Below, one piece after another: positions 22,101 through 34,100 of a DNA stretch of 64,000 nucleotides. Origin of the DNA: Chrysemys picta bellii (taxonomy: Eukaryota); the NCBI RefSeq assembly GCF_011386835.1, contig NC_088797.1:30256001-30320000 (forward strand). Reading direction: 5' to 3'. Position 1 is the stretch's first letter. Each line of letters opens with the position of its first letter. The translations under genes were made by a program, and so were the position numbers. The notes beneath the pieces were generated by a model that saw only the letters and a program-made list of their open reading frames with translations, did not search any database and had not been told where the DNA came from.

Positions 22101-25100
22101 CTACCTCTGCTGGGTGCCCTGCTGCTCCTCCAGGAGGCGCTGCTCCTCCTCCCGCCGCTCCAGCTGCTCCCGCAGTCGCACCAGGTCAGCCTCCCGCTCC
22201 TGTCCCTTCACCTTCTCGCTTAGCAGCTCCTGCAGGAACAAGGAGGACTCTGAGCATTGAGGGGGGGACCCATGGCCCCTCTTCCTGCCTCCACTACCCC
22301 AACCAGGACCCTGACCACTGCGGGGGGACTCCCATCACCATTCTCTGTCCCCCACTGTCACCTGCAAGGTGCTCCCCACAGTGCCCCCTGCCGGGAGAGG
22401 CTGGGGTGGAGTAGCTGGGAACTCCCCCCCCCCCCCCCGTCTGTATTCCCACCCTGCTCTCCACAGCGCCCCCTGCCGGGTGAGTCCAGACTGGAGTAGC
22501 CAGGAGCTTCTCCCCACCCCATTCCTGTTCCTTACAGCCCTGGCACTCCCTGCCCCTGGTGCCCCCATCACCTCCCGCAGAGCGGCTGAGGCCTTGCGCT
22601 CGGCTGCCAACTGCTCCCGCAGCCCCTTGCTCTCCTGCTCCAGTTCCCGCAGCCGCTGCGCTGTCTCTCTCAGCCCACCCAACTCCAGTGCCTGCAGCCG
22701 GCTCTGGGCCTCCAGCTGGGCGGCCCGGCGGCCCTGTTCTGCCAGTGCTTCCTCTTGGGCCTGGGTCTGGGCCCGCAGACGCCGGGTCTCCTTGTCCAGC
22801 GCCCGGCGCTCTCTCTCAGCCTGGCTCAACACCGCCTCCAGCGCCCCTCGCTCGCCCTCCAGCTGGGTCAGGGCCGCCTTGTGTTGCTCCAGCCCGCGCT
22901 GCAGGGTGCCCAGCTCGCGCTCGGACGCCCGTAACTCCTCCGCGGCCTCCCGCGCCTGTTCAGCCTGGCGCCCAGTCCGCTGCCGCTCTGCCTCCAGACT
23001 GCCCCGGGCCTCCGCCAGCTCCTGCTCGGCTTGGCTCAACTCCGCCCGCAGCGCCTCTCGCTCCTTCTCCAGCGCCTGGGCCTCGGCCTCCAGCTGCCCC
23101 AGCAGCAGGGCCTCCAGACGCTGCTGCTCCAGCTCCTGCCGCAGTCTCAGCAGCTCCTGCTCCAGGCGCCCCCGGGCCTCCTGGGAGGCCGTCAGCCCCT
23201 CCAGGGCCTTGGCGTGAGTGGCCTCCAGCCGGCGCAATGCCTCCTGCAGGCTGGACGCCCGCTCCTCCACCTGGCACAGCCGGCGCCCACTCTCTGCCAG
23301 TGCCTCCTGCTGCTCCTGGGCCCAGGTGCCTGGGTCCCCCTGGCTCTGCAGAGACTCCTGCAGCCGGGGAAGGGGAACAGAGCTGGTTAGGGACTCGCTG
23401 GCATGGCAGGGGCACCCTGGAATCCCAAATCTGTAGCCACATGCCTGAGCCCCACTTGGTTCCCTTTGGCCAGAGCCTAAGAAGGCAGGAATCAAACCCC
23501 CACATAAATGCTGCCCCCAGACATGACGCAGCATTGAATCTGATCTGGACAGAAACAAACTTGGCATTGGTACCAGGGACAATTCAGCAGGCCTATGGGG
23601 ATTCACTGCCCCACGTGCTGCCCTGTGTCCTAGCCTGCCCCCAGCAATAGCATAGTAACTGGATGTACTGAGGGATGCCCTCTATTGCCCGCACCAGCCC
23701 AGGGCGCCTCCTGCCCCTTGTGGTGGGATCTCAGAGGAGGGCTCTGCCTCAGGCTGATCCCCAGGGGTCCAGGCTGCCTTTGAGCCTCCTGCCTACCCAT
23801 GTGTCCTACTGGCCTAAGCCATATGAGCCTCCCCCAGCCCCACCCAAAAAAGGGCAGTTTTGGTAATAGGGTTACGATCCCTGTGTAGGCCTCTGCGCCC
23901 ACAGGCTTGGTGTTGCTATTCCTGAGGGGAATGAGACATGGCTGGTGCCCTCTGCTTCCAGACCAGACAACTGCCCACGCCTGCCTGCCACCCTGGTCAT
24001 TACTCGGGCGCTAGCCCATGCTGGTGCAGTGTCGCTGCTCTGCTAGATTGAAGCTAGCTCCGCTCCGTCTGCACGAGCGGCACTCACACCCCATTATTGC
24101 AGCATAGCCGTTCCCTGAAGGGGCAGAGAGCAAAGCTCGATCTCAGGACAGCAGGACATGCTGGGGTCCTGGCTCCCACCAACACGGGCTCTGGCGGAAG
24201 CCTGGGCTCCCAGGCCGGCCTGAGGACCCTGCAATTCTGGATCACAGATGACTAATCAATGCTCCCTCAGCCTGACCAGGCTGCCTGGCCTCGCCGCAGA
24301 TCATCTCTAGGCGCGTCGCTCCCGGAGAAGGGAGAGTCTCCATGGCAGTCTGGTCGCAGCTGCACTGACCGGGGGAGCTTGCAGGGGAGCAGGCACCCAA
24401 AGGCCCAAACCTGGAGTTGCTGAGGCCGCATGGCTGCCCTGGGGTCTGGTGCACTAAAGGGGTCACTGGCACTGCTGGGAGACTGTGTAAGGGCTGGGGT
24501 GTAACAGCCCTGTCAATCTGTGACAACCTGCAGCCAATCCCCTGTCCCCATGCTCTGCCATGGCATTGGTCTCCTCCAATGGGAGACAGGCTGGCAGCAG
24601 GGAGGGTGACGGGATTCCCACCCACTCCTCCAGCCACTCAGGGCTCCAGGCAATGGGACTGACCCCTTCATGCTGCCTGAGCCATGTGGGGGCACAGTGC
24701 TAGGGGCACTCCTGGGCCTGCAGCACCCCTCTACTGCCCCAAATGACAACCCCTTGCACACCTTGCCCTGCCCTCCCCCCCAGGCACCGTGCCCCACCTC
24801 GCAGTGCCGCTGCTCCTGCAAGCTGCGCAGCTCCCGCTCCAGCTGCTCCTTCTCCCCCAGCAGGGCAGCACTCAGTTCCTCCCGCTCCTGGCAGCTCCGG
24901 GCCCGCTGGGCTTCCAACTCTGCCCCCAGCCGCTGCACCTGTGCCAGGCAACTGGGAGTTGAGGGGGGACTGGGCCGGCATGGAGACAGACCTCTCCCCA
25001 CCCCACAGACACCTCCCATGGAGACACCCTCTCCCCCTGTACCCCAACACACAGACCCCCTGAGAGGCACCCCTCCCCCCTTCCACTGACTCCTCCACAG

Positions 25101-28100
25101 AGACACCTCATCTCCCATCACTCCCTCACAGAAACAACCTATCCCTGTCCCCACAACCACAGCCTCCTCCACAGATCCCCCTTTCCCCACCCTCTCCAAC
25201 ACACAGCCTCCAACACACAGCCCCCAGACACCCCCCCTTCTGCTAAAACCCGGCAGACTCTCCGTCTCTATCCTTCTCCAACACATAGACCCCCCACAAG
25301 GCTTCCCCAAGAGAGATCCCACCCTTCAAACCCTCACATACAGCCTTCCCCCACACCTCCTATCCCCCAAAAAACAACACGGAGACACTCCCCTGACACA
25401 CACTAGACTCCTCCCCAGATAGCCCCTGGTTAAGGAATGGGACACCCTCTGGGGGTGTCAGCTCCAATCCAGCCCCAGGGCTGGGGGACTGGCTGGCTGA
25501 GGGGTGGGGCAGACAGGGCCTTGAATTTTCTTCTAGGAGCCCCATCTCCCTCACCTCTTTGCTGAGGGCCTTATTCTTCTGCTCAAGGCCTGGACTCCTG
25601 GGTTCTCCCGGGGCCTCTAGTGCCTCCTGCAGCCTCCGGCGCAGCTCCTGGTTCTCCCGCTCCAGTGCTAGCAGGCGGCTGGACGTCACCTCAGTCACCT
25701 CATAGCTCAGGGACTTGGGAGTCTCAGCAGGGTCTGGGGGAAGACAGTGTCACATCAATGAGCCGGGGCGGGGGGAGCTGGGGGGCCTGGGGGAAAGGGG
25801 AGGAGGAGGCACTCACCATTGGGAGCCTCATTGGGCTCCTGCTCCTCTTCCCAGGATAGGTGCTGGGACTCCCCCAAATTTTGCCTCAGCTCCCCCTCCA
25901 GCAACACCTTCTCCTGCTGTAGCTCCTCCAGCCGCTGACGCTCCCGCTCCCGCTCCTGGGGGTAGAGGGTGACCCATGCGGGAGTTTTCTGTAATAGCCT
26001 TATGAACAGTCTGCGTCTCCCCCTCAGCCTTGGTACAGTTGCCCACTGGTTACAGAGGGGCTACAATGCTGCTCCTGGCACGGAGCAGGAGGCACCAGGG
26101 TCTGGGTCCGGATTGGGCTGCATCAGCAGACCCCCCGAGACAGCAAACTCCAGGCTGCAGAGGCAGCTGAGTGAGCGTGGCAGGGCTGTGTCGGAGAGCA
26201 AAGACGAGAGGTGTCGGGAAGCAGGGGGAGGAAGAGCGGGGTTCATAACCACATGGCGGTGCCCTGGCACTGGCAAAGGGGACAGGGAGAGGACATAAGA
26301 ACGGATGGAACTCGGGGGAAGCAGGGGCAAAGCAGGAACTTTGTCCGGAGCCGGCCTCTCTCACGCTAACCCCAAGACTTCTGACCAGGTGATGAATGAA
26401 GGTGCCCTTATTTTGAGCCAGTCGCCTGGTGTTGCTGCCATTGCCGACTGAGGCCTTGTCGACATTTGACACGTTTCAGTGGCACAGCTGCAGTGCTTCA
26501 CAGCGGACACTGCCAAGCGAGCGGAGGGACTCTCCCAGCCCCGTAGTTAATTCACCTCCTCGAGAGGTGGTAGCTAGGTCAGCAAAAGAATTCTCCCAGC
26601 GACCTAGCGCTGTCTACATTGGGGGTTAGCTCGGCTTCATTGCGTCGCTCAGGCGGATGCCCTGAGCCACGCCACTGGGTCGAGTCAGCTTTTCAGTGGA
26701 GACCAAGCCTAAGGAGCATTGCGCCCTGATGGGGGAAAAGTCTCAGCTGGACTCGCTGCAGGGAGCCACGGAGGGACACGGGGTAGCTGGAGCCCAAAGG
26801 CCCAGTTTTGGAGTCATGGAGGCCACAGGCCTGCCCCTGCAGAACAGTATAGATCCCTAGGGCCCAGCGCAATAGAGGGGTACCCCCAGGAAACGGGTTA
26901 AAGGCTGGGACATAGACCAGACCCTGTGAATCCATGACACAGAGACTGTTAACATAGGGGGGTCCCTATACTTCTGAGAGGGTCCTACAAGGGGCACTAT
27001 AGGGAAGGTCAGGAGCACTAGCTGTGGGGAGAGCTACTCCAACCCTGGCCTCTCCCAGCAGAGGGCGCTGTAAGGAGCAGGGCGGGAACACTGGCTGTGG
27101 GAGGAGGTCCTTGCTACTCCAGCCCTACCTCTCCCAGCAGGGGGTGCTGTAAGGAGCAGGGCAGGAGCACTGCCTGCAGGGGGAGGTCCCAGCTACTCCA
27201 GCCTGGCCTCTCCCAGCAGGAGGCGCTGTGAGGTGTGTGACAGACTGGGGAAAAGGTCTGTAGCATTTATTCTGAGAGCTCTGTGTGACTAGGTTTCCCT
27301 TGTGCCTTGCTGCCTGCCCGAGTGCACAGAGTGAGAACAGAGCAGGGCAGGGAAAACAGAGACACAGAGAAGAGCCTCTCAGGTACCAGCTTCAAAGGAG
27401 TGATGGGAACAATGGCAATGGGGAGCAGTTCCCCCGGCTAGCCCGGGGGGTGTTTCTCTTCCCAAGGCTAAGCCTGGGGTCAAAGGAGCCCACAAGTCTG
27501 TAGAACAGAGAAAGGTTTGGGTGAGCCGGGAGAGGCCGGCCAGGCTGCCAGGGACACGGCTGACAGCCTGACTGAGACACAGAGACCACTGGCTCACCCG
27601 TGGCTGTCCCCAGGGCTGCTCTGAGAGGGGTGAATCACGGGATCCCAGCTGGCACCTGTGGGGGTCACTTGGGGAAAGCCCAGCGAGGGGCAGTGAGCAT
27701 TTAGCCTGGTAACAGGACAGGCTGTGTGCACAGGGGCCCGTAGGGGGCACCATGGAGAGGGTGCAGGGGGCCGTTTGGTGTTGGGGGGTCTCACCTCTTC
27801 AACTTGCTCTAATTGGCTCCGCAGCAGCAGATTCTCCTTCTCGAGCTGGGGCAGGTGCTGGGCCCGGGCGCGGGCGGATTCCAGCTGCCCCTCCAACTGG
27901 GCCTTGCTGTCCAGCAGGGCCTGGGAGAAGGCCCGCTCCTCCTGCCAGGGAGAGAGCCTGGTCAGAGCTCCCGAGATCCCCTGGCCCACACCCCCTCCTG
28001 TCAGGGATAGTGTCCCATCAGAGCCCCCCGAGACCCACTGACCGTCACACAGGCCATTATAACAGACAGGGGATGGCCCTATCTAGGAATAGAGATAAGA

Positions 28101-31100
28101 GACTGTTTCAGTATCATACAGAATGGGGAGAGGTGCCCTGGAACCATTCACTGAGGAAACATCTTATGGATTGGGGTGTTTCTCATGGAAGTTTGGATCC
28201 TGGTTCCCATGAAGCCAGCCAGCTCTGCAACAGACTGAAGTTTTTTGGGGGGGAGGGGAACCTACTTCTTTACCTAGGAGAGGGTTCATGAGCATTTTAT
28301 GATTTTGTTTTGTATTGTAACTATTTGTTTCCTTCACTCTCATTTCTGGTGGAATCTCTGCTCTTGCTTAACGAAACCTACCTGAGTTTTATTATAAGCG
28401 TGAGGTTTACAAGAGCAGTGATTTAAGGTAAAACTAGTCAGCTGGGGCGCACTGCTCCTTTGGGGGCAGAGGATCTGGGATTTCTGTGAGTAGCCAGCAT
28501 CAGACGAAGAATCACAGAGGAAGGCTTCAAAGGGGCTCTGGACTGGGGTGCAAGGCAAAGACAGGTACAGCACAGAGGAGAATGTGTGGGGGCTGACAGG
28601 CTGGTGGGGGTAGGGAGCTGACACCCAACCATGGGCAAGACTCCCTCTCGCTAGAGGCAGGGGGTAACAAGGTGACTCACAGTCCTGGGTACCCCGAGAA
28701 CCGTCACACAGACCCCCTCTGTCTCCCTCCCCCACTCCTCCTGCTGAGAAACCCCCACTGGCCCCCTGAGCCCCTTACAGCCCCACAGCCCCCCATGCCT
28801 CCTGACAAGAAGTACTGCCCCCCACACTGGTCCCCACTAGCCCCTCACCCCTTACTATCACCTCCACTAGCCCAGAGGCCCCCCCCCGCCTTCTAACAAA
28901 CTAGGAATTTTGTGATATTTTTTATGAATCCTATGTGTGCCCCAATTTCCCCTCTCTGTTGCAGGGTTGGCGGGGGAGGGATTAAGTTTGCTCTCAAGGC
29001 AAACTAGAGACATTGTGATGCGGGGAGCATGTCTCACCTCCCTGTGAAGAGCTGTTAAAGAACTGGTTGAAACTCACCCAATCAACAGAGGGGCAGAGAG
29101 ACAAGACAAACTCCAGTGACTCTGGATTTCCAGAGATCCCAGCTGGTGCCCAGAGGACTGGGGAGTTGGGGAGATGGGTTGGCTGCTGGAAGGGGCCTGG
29201 GCACTCACTCTCCCCTGGGGACTGACTAAGGAGGAAGTCAGAGAGCATCGCTTCAGCCTGGCTGGGATTTGGGCCGACCACGTGAAACTAGGCGTTACTT
29301 TCCTTTCTCTGTGCGGTTTGGTGTCACTGCATTAACCCCTCCACAGTGGGTAAGTCTCCACCAAGAGCCTGTCTCAGCTGGACTCTTCACAGCATGGGGC
29401 AGAGGGGCTGGTGCCCCAGAGGGTCAGTCTCAGCAGGCGGCCTGCCCTGAAGGAAGAGTGGGGTGGAGTTCCTCCAAGACACTGTTCCAAAGCTGGGGGC
29501 ATAGCCCCAATCCTGTGGATCCATGATATATCCCCTGTGCCTCCTCCACCCCATGCCCCTTCACCTCCAGCCTGCCCCGGCACCGCTCCAGCGTGGGCAG
29601 TCGCTCCTTCAGGGCCGAGAGCTCTCCCTGCAGGCGCTCAGCCCGGGCCGCCTTCTCCCGCATGGCATCCAGCTCATCCCGGTACAGCCCCGCCAGGCGC
29701 GCCTCGCCCGCCACCGCCCGGTGCTGGGGGGAAGAGGCACTAGGTTAGAGCCTGGGGCATTGAGGGTGGGAAGAACAGGGTCAGGGGGAACAGGGGCAGG
29801 GCACAGGGGCACACGGGCAGGGGGAACGGGGTCAGGGCACTGGGGCGGGGGGAACAGGGCACTGGGGCGGGGGGAACAGGGTCAGGGCACTGGGGCGAGG
29901 GGAACAGGGCATTGGGGCAGGGAGAACAGGGCATGGGTGGGGGGGCAGGGTCAGGGCACTGGGGCAGGGGGAACAGGACGGGGTGGGGTGGGGAAACAGG
30001 GTCAGGGTCCAGGGCATTGGGGCAGGGTGAACAGGGCACTGGGGGTGGGGGGGACAGGGTCAGGGCCCAGGGCATTGCGGGGTGGGGATGGTACCTCTTG
30101 TCGCAGCCTCCTCAACTCGGCCTCCAGCTCCTGCAGCTCCTGGCGCTGATCCAGCAGCTCCTCAGATTTCTCCTCCCTGGGTGGGTCAGAGCCCCCAGGA
30201 GGGCACGTCAGGGATATCCCCATGGCCTCCCCCCACACACACACACTGGGATCCCCAGGTACCTTCCTCACACCTATTCCCAATCCCCTTGAGGGCCCCT
30301 CCTCACTAGAACCCCCCATCTCAGGATCCCCCTCTTGTCTTCTGTGCCCCCTAATACCCCTAGGACCTCCCCCCCGAACTGTTCTCCCATCCCAGAACCA
30401 CCCCATTCCCATCAGTGCCCCCCACCCACTCACAGTTCCTGGCGCAGGCGCCGGGCCTGGCCCCGAGCGTCAGCCAGTTGCACCCCAAGGTGCTGGCGAT
30501 TGTCCCAGGGCCCCTCAGGGGACAGCGGGCCATGCGGGGACGACACCTCCCGCTCCTGCTGCAGCTCCCACAGCCTCTGCAAGACAGCTGGGTTAGACGG
30601 GGTGGGAAGAACGGGTGGGGGTGGGAAATGTCCAGGGAACAGTGGACGGGGGAGGGGAGAGCAGCACAAGAAGGATCTGAGGGGGGCAGAGGGATGGGGA
30701 GAGCTCAAGGAGACCGCATGAGCAGGAAGCGGTATCAGAGCCTTGGGGGGTCAGGGGAACCCAGGGGGCACTGGATAGGAAAACCCCCAGAGAGGTGGGG
30801 GGCTGTGGAGGGGGGAGGAGCACAGGGAGGGCTGGGAGTGGCAGGAATGTGCCCGAGGGCCTCCCTCACCTCTGCACTCGCATCCCGCTCCTGCACCAGG
30901 CCCCGCAGCCGGGAGGACAGCTCCTGCAGGACCCGTGTCAGCTCCAGTGGGTGCAGTTCAGCCAGTGCCCCCCACTGCAGGCTCAGCACCACCCCCGGGT
31001 CCTGTGTCACCTGCAACACAAGAGCAACATGTCACAAGCCCTGCACACCTGCCCCGGCACATGCCTCATGGCCTCCCCTTGTACACCAGCTCCTCACATG

Positions 31101-34100
31101 GCCTCCCTCACATGTCTGCCTTGGCACATACATCATGGCCTCCCCTCGCACACCAGCTCCTCACATGGCCTTCCCTCACACATCAGCTCCTCATACAGCC
31201 TCCCCTCACACGCCAGCTCTTTACACAGCTTCCCCTCGCAGGTCTCCCCTCACATGTCCACCCCGGCATATGCCTCATGGCCTCCCCTGGCACACCAGCT
31301 CCTCACATGGCTTCCCCTCTCATGTCAGCTCCTCACACAGCCTCCCATCACATGCCAGTTCCTCACATGGCCCCTCCCCACATGCCAGTTCCTCACATGG
31401 CCTCCCCTCACATGTCTGCACCGGCACATACATCATGGCCTCCCCTTGCACGCCAGCTCCTCACACGGCCTCCCTTCGCAGGTCTCCCCTCACATGTCTG
31501 CACCGGCACATACATCATGGCCTCCCCTCGCAAGCCAGCTCCTCACACGGCCTCCCTTCGCAGGTCTCCCCTCACATGTCCACCCTGGCATATGCCTCAT
31601 GGCCTCCCCTCGCACACCAGCTCCTCACATGGCTTCCCCTCTCATGTCAGCTCCTCACACGGCCTCCCCTCACATGTCTGCCCCGGCACATGCCTCATTG
31701 CCTCCCCTCGCATGCCAGCTTCTCACATGGCCTCCCCTTCACACGGCTCTCACAGCCCTCGCACAGCAGTCTTGCCCATGCCAGCCTCTTGCACAAGTGC
31801 TACAGCCTCCCTGCCTACAGATCCCCCATTATCCCTCAAGTCCCTGCGTCTGGGCAAGTGCAGCCTGATGCTGCCTGATGGGGTGCCACCTGGTGACTGT
31901 CCCTTGGGGGCTCAGCTGGGGGGACCCAGCCACAAGGAGCAGAAGGAAAGGTCGTGCCAACAGTGGGTGTTCTTACCTCCTGGATGGCACCGGCCAGCGC
32001 AGTCTGGGTCTCGATGTCCAGCCCCTGGATCCGTTCAATGACCTCTGCCTTCCGCTCACACTGTGGAGGGAGGGGGTATGGGGCAGCACAGGGGGTGAGG
32101 ACAGGGTGCAGGGGGAGGAGGTGCAGGAGGGGAGGAGGTGCGGGGGAGGAGAGGAGAGACAGTACCGAGGGGCATGTGCAGAGGTAGGGGTGTGTGGGGA
32201 GAAGAGGCGGCATGGAGTGGGAGGGGTTTGAGGAGGGGGAGGAGGCACAGAGAGTGGAGGGTCACAAAGAAACAGCTGTCAGCCTCTCTCTTTCTCAGGG
32301 TGCCTCTGAGGGCTGCTATGGCCCTGAGGACCCACGTTTCCCCCTCACCCCGGGATGCCCTGGTGTGACCACTACTGGACTCCTGTCTCCAGATCGGGTG
32401 CCAACAATTCCAGAAGGATGTTAAGAAACTGGAGAAGGCTCAGAGAAGAGCTACGAGACCAATTAAGGGACTAAAAAACATGCCACAGTGAGAGACCCAA
32501 GAAGCTCAATCTATTCAGTTTAACAAAGAGAAGGTTGACGGATGACTTGATCACTGTCTAGAGGTACCTACATGGGGAACACATATTTAATAAAGGGCTC
32601 TTCCACCTAGCAGCCAAAGGTCTAACATGGTCCAGTGGCAGGAAATTGAAGCTGGACAAATTCAGACTGGAAATAAGGTGTAAATTTGTACCAGTGAGGG
32701 GAATTAACTATGGGGACAACTGGCCAAGGGCTATGGTGGATTCTCCATCACTGGCAATGTTTAAACCACAACCACGGGCTGATTTAGGGGCAGGCAACTG
32801 ACTAGGGTGCCGGGCTTGGGGGGCTGTTTTTGTTGTTAGCGACAAAAGGGAAAATAGAAGGTTTGAAGTAAAATGTTTCAGGTGTTCCGTCTGTGGATTC
32901 ATTGTCCTCGAACCTCCTAGAATGTTGTCAGCCATGCCCTAGCGGGCATATAAGGGCGGGGCGTTGCCAGTCAGTCAGTCTGAGATATAAGAAGAACTGA
33001 AGTGAAGTGAGGCCCAGCCGTGATATGGTGACAACGGCATGAACATGAAGGGAAGAAACTGTGGTGTCCAGGCAAGGATCCTTACGCTGATTCCCAGAGC
33101 TTTTGGCGTGCCTTGTGGCTCAGCCTGGTTGTGTCAGATGCAGCGTCATCTTCTTTACATTCAGTATCTCTCTTTGGAGTACCGCAAAGGATACATATCC
33201 TCTTTTCAGCACCAACTATCAGGTGGAAGATCCTCACGGACAATGTTACAAATCTGACCGTGACGCTGCTACGTGACATTCTCTGGGAGAGCCGCATCGA
33301 CAGCGTAAGGCCGGTGAGGTACCAAGTGACAGGTTTACGACACCGTGATGGAGCTGGTGCAGTCGAGTAAAGCCGAGGCTGGAATCTGACATGAGGAGCA
33401 AAGCCTGGCAAACCAGCTCACTGACTTCCAATTGCTGGTCTCAACTGTAGTTTGGCATGATATCTGTTCCAAGCAAACATTGTGAGTCAGGCATTGCAAA
33501 CTCAGTCGATGGACATTGCGAGCGCTACTACTTTGACAAGAATCTGTCTCGATTTTGTCGTGGCTGACAGAGACAACGGATTTGAAGATGCCATCACTGC
33601 TGCCAAAGAAATGGCGAAAAACTTAGATGTTGAGCCTGTCTTCAAGGAAACTCGTGTTCATTGGAAGAAGCAACAGTTTGGTTACGAGGTCAGAGATGAG
33701 AGGATGGGAAACTCGGAAGAAAAATTCAAGAGGGAGTTTTTTTGCTCACTCTGCTGGGTCCGTCGAAGAAAGATTTGGACAAATGAAGGCAAGAATAGTG
33801 ACCTTTTGACCTAAAGGATGAGGGTTAACATTCTAAGGCTATCTACTGTAACACTATTTAATAGTGGTCCACCCAATGTTGGGGCAAAATTCAATTTCTT
33901 GATGTTAGTACATTTCAGTTATTCTTAAAATTAAAAAGTTACTGTAAACTTAGAGGAAATTATTTTTTTTTTATTTGCTTATATATGGCATGAATAAATA
34001 CAGCTTTACAGATCCTAGGGTGCAAATTGATCGTCTTATATGACAGGGATAAATCATGCATTCAAATCGCGCATCAAAGTCATTAAATGAGCTACAAATG

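Noticed and set aside
30415-32041. Long ORFs of 357-487 aa (also 11724-13120, 10202-11473, 5042-5940)
   Set aside because: They arise from stop-poor GC-rich minisatellites; translations are periodic and lie antisense or intronic to real genes.
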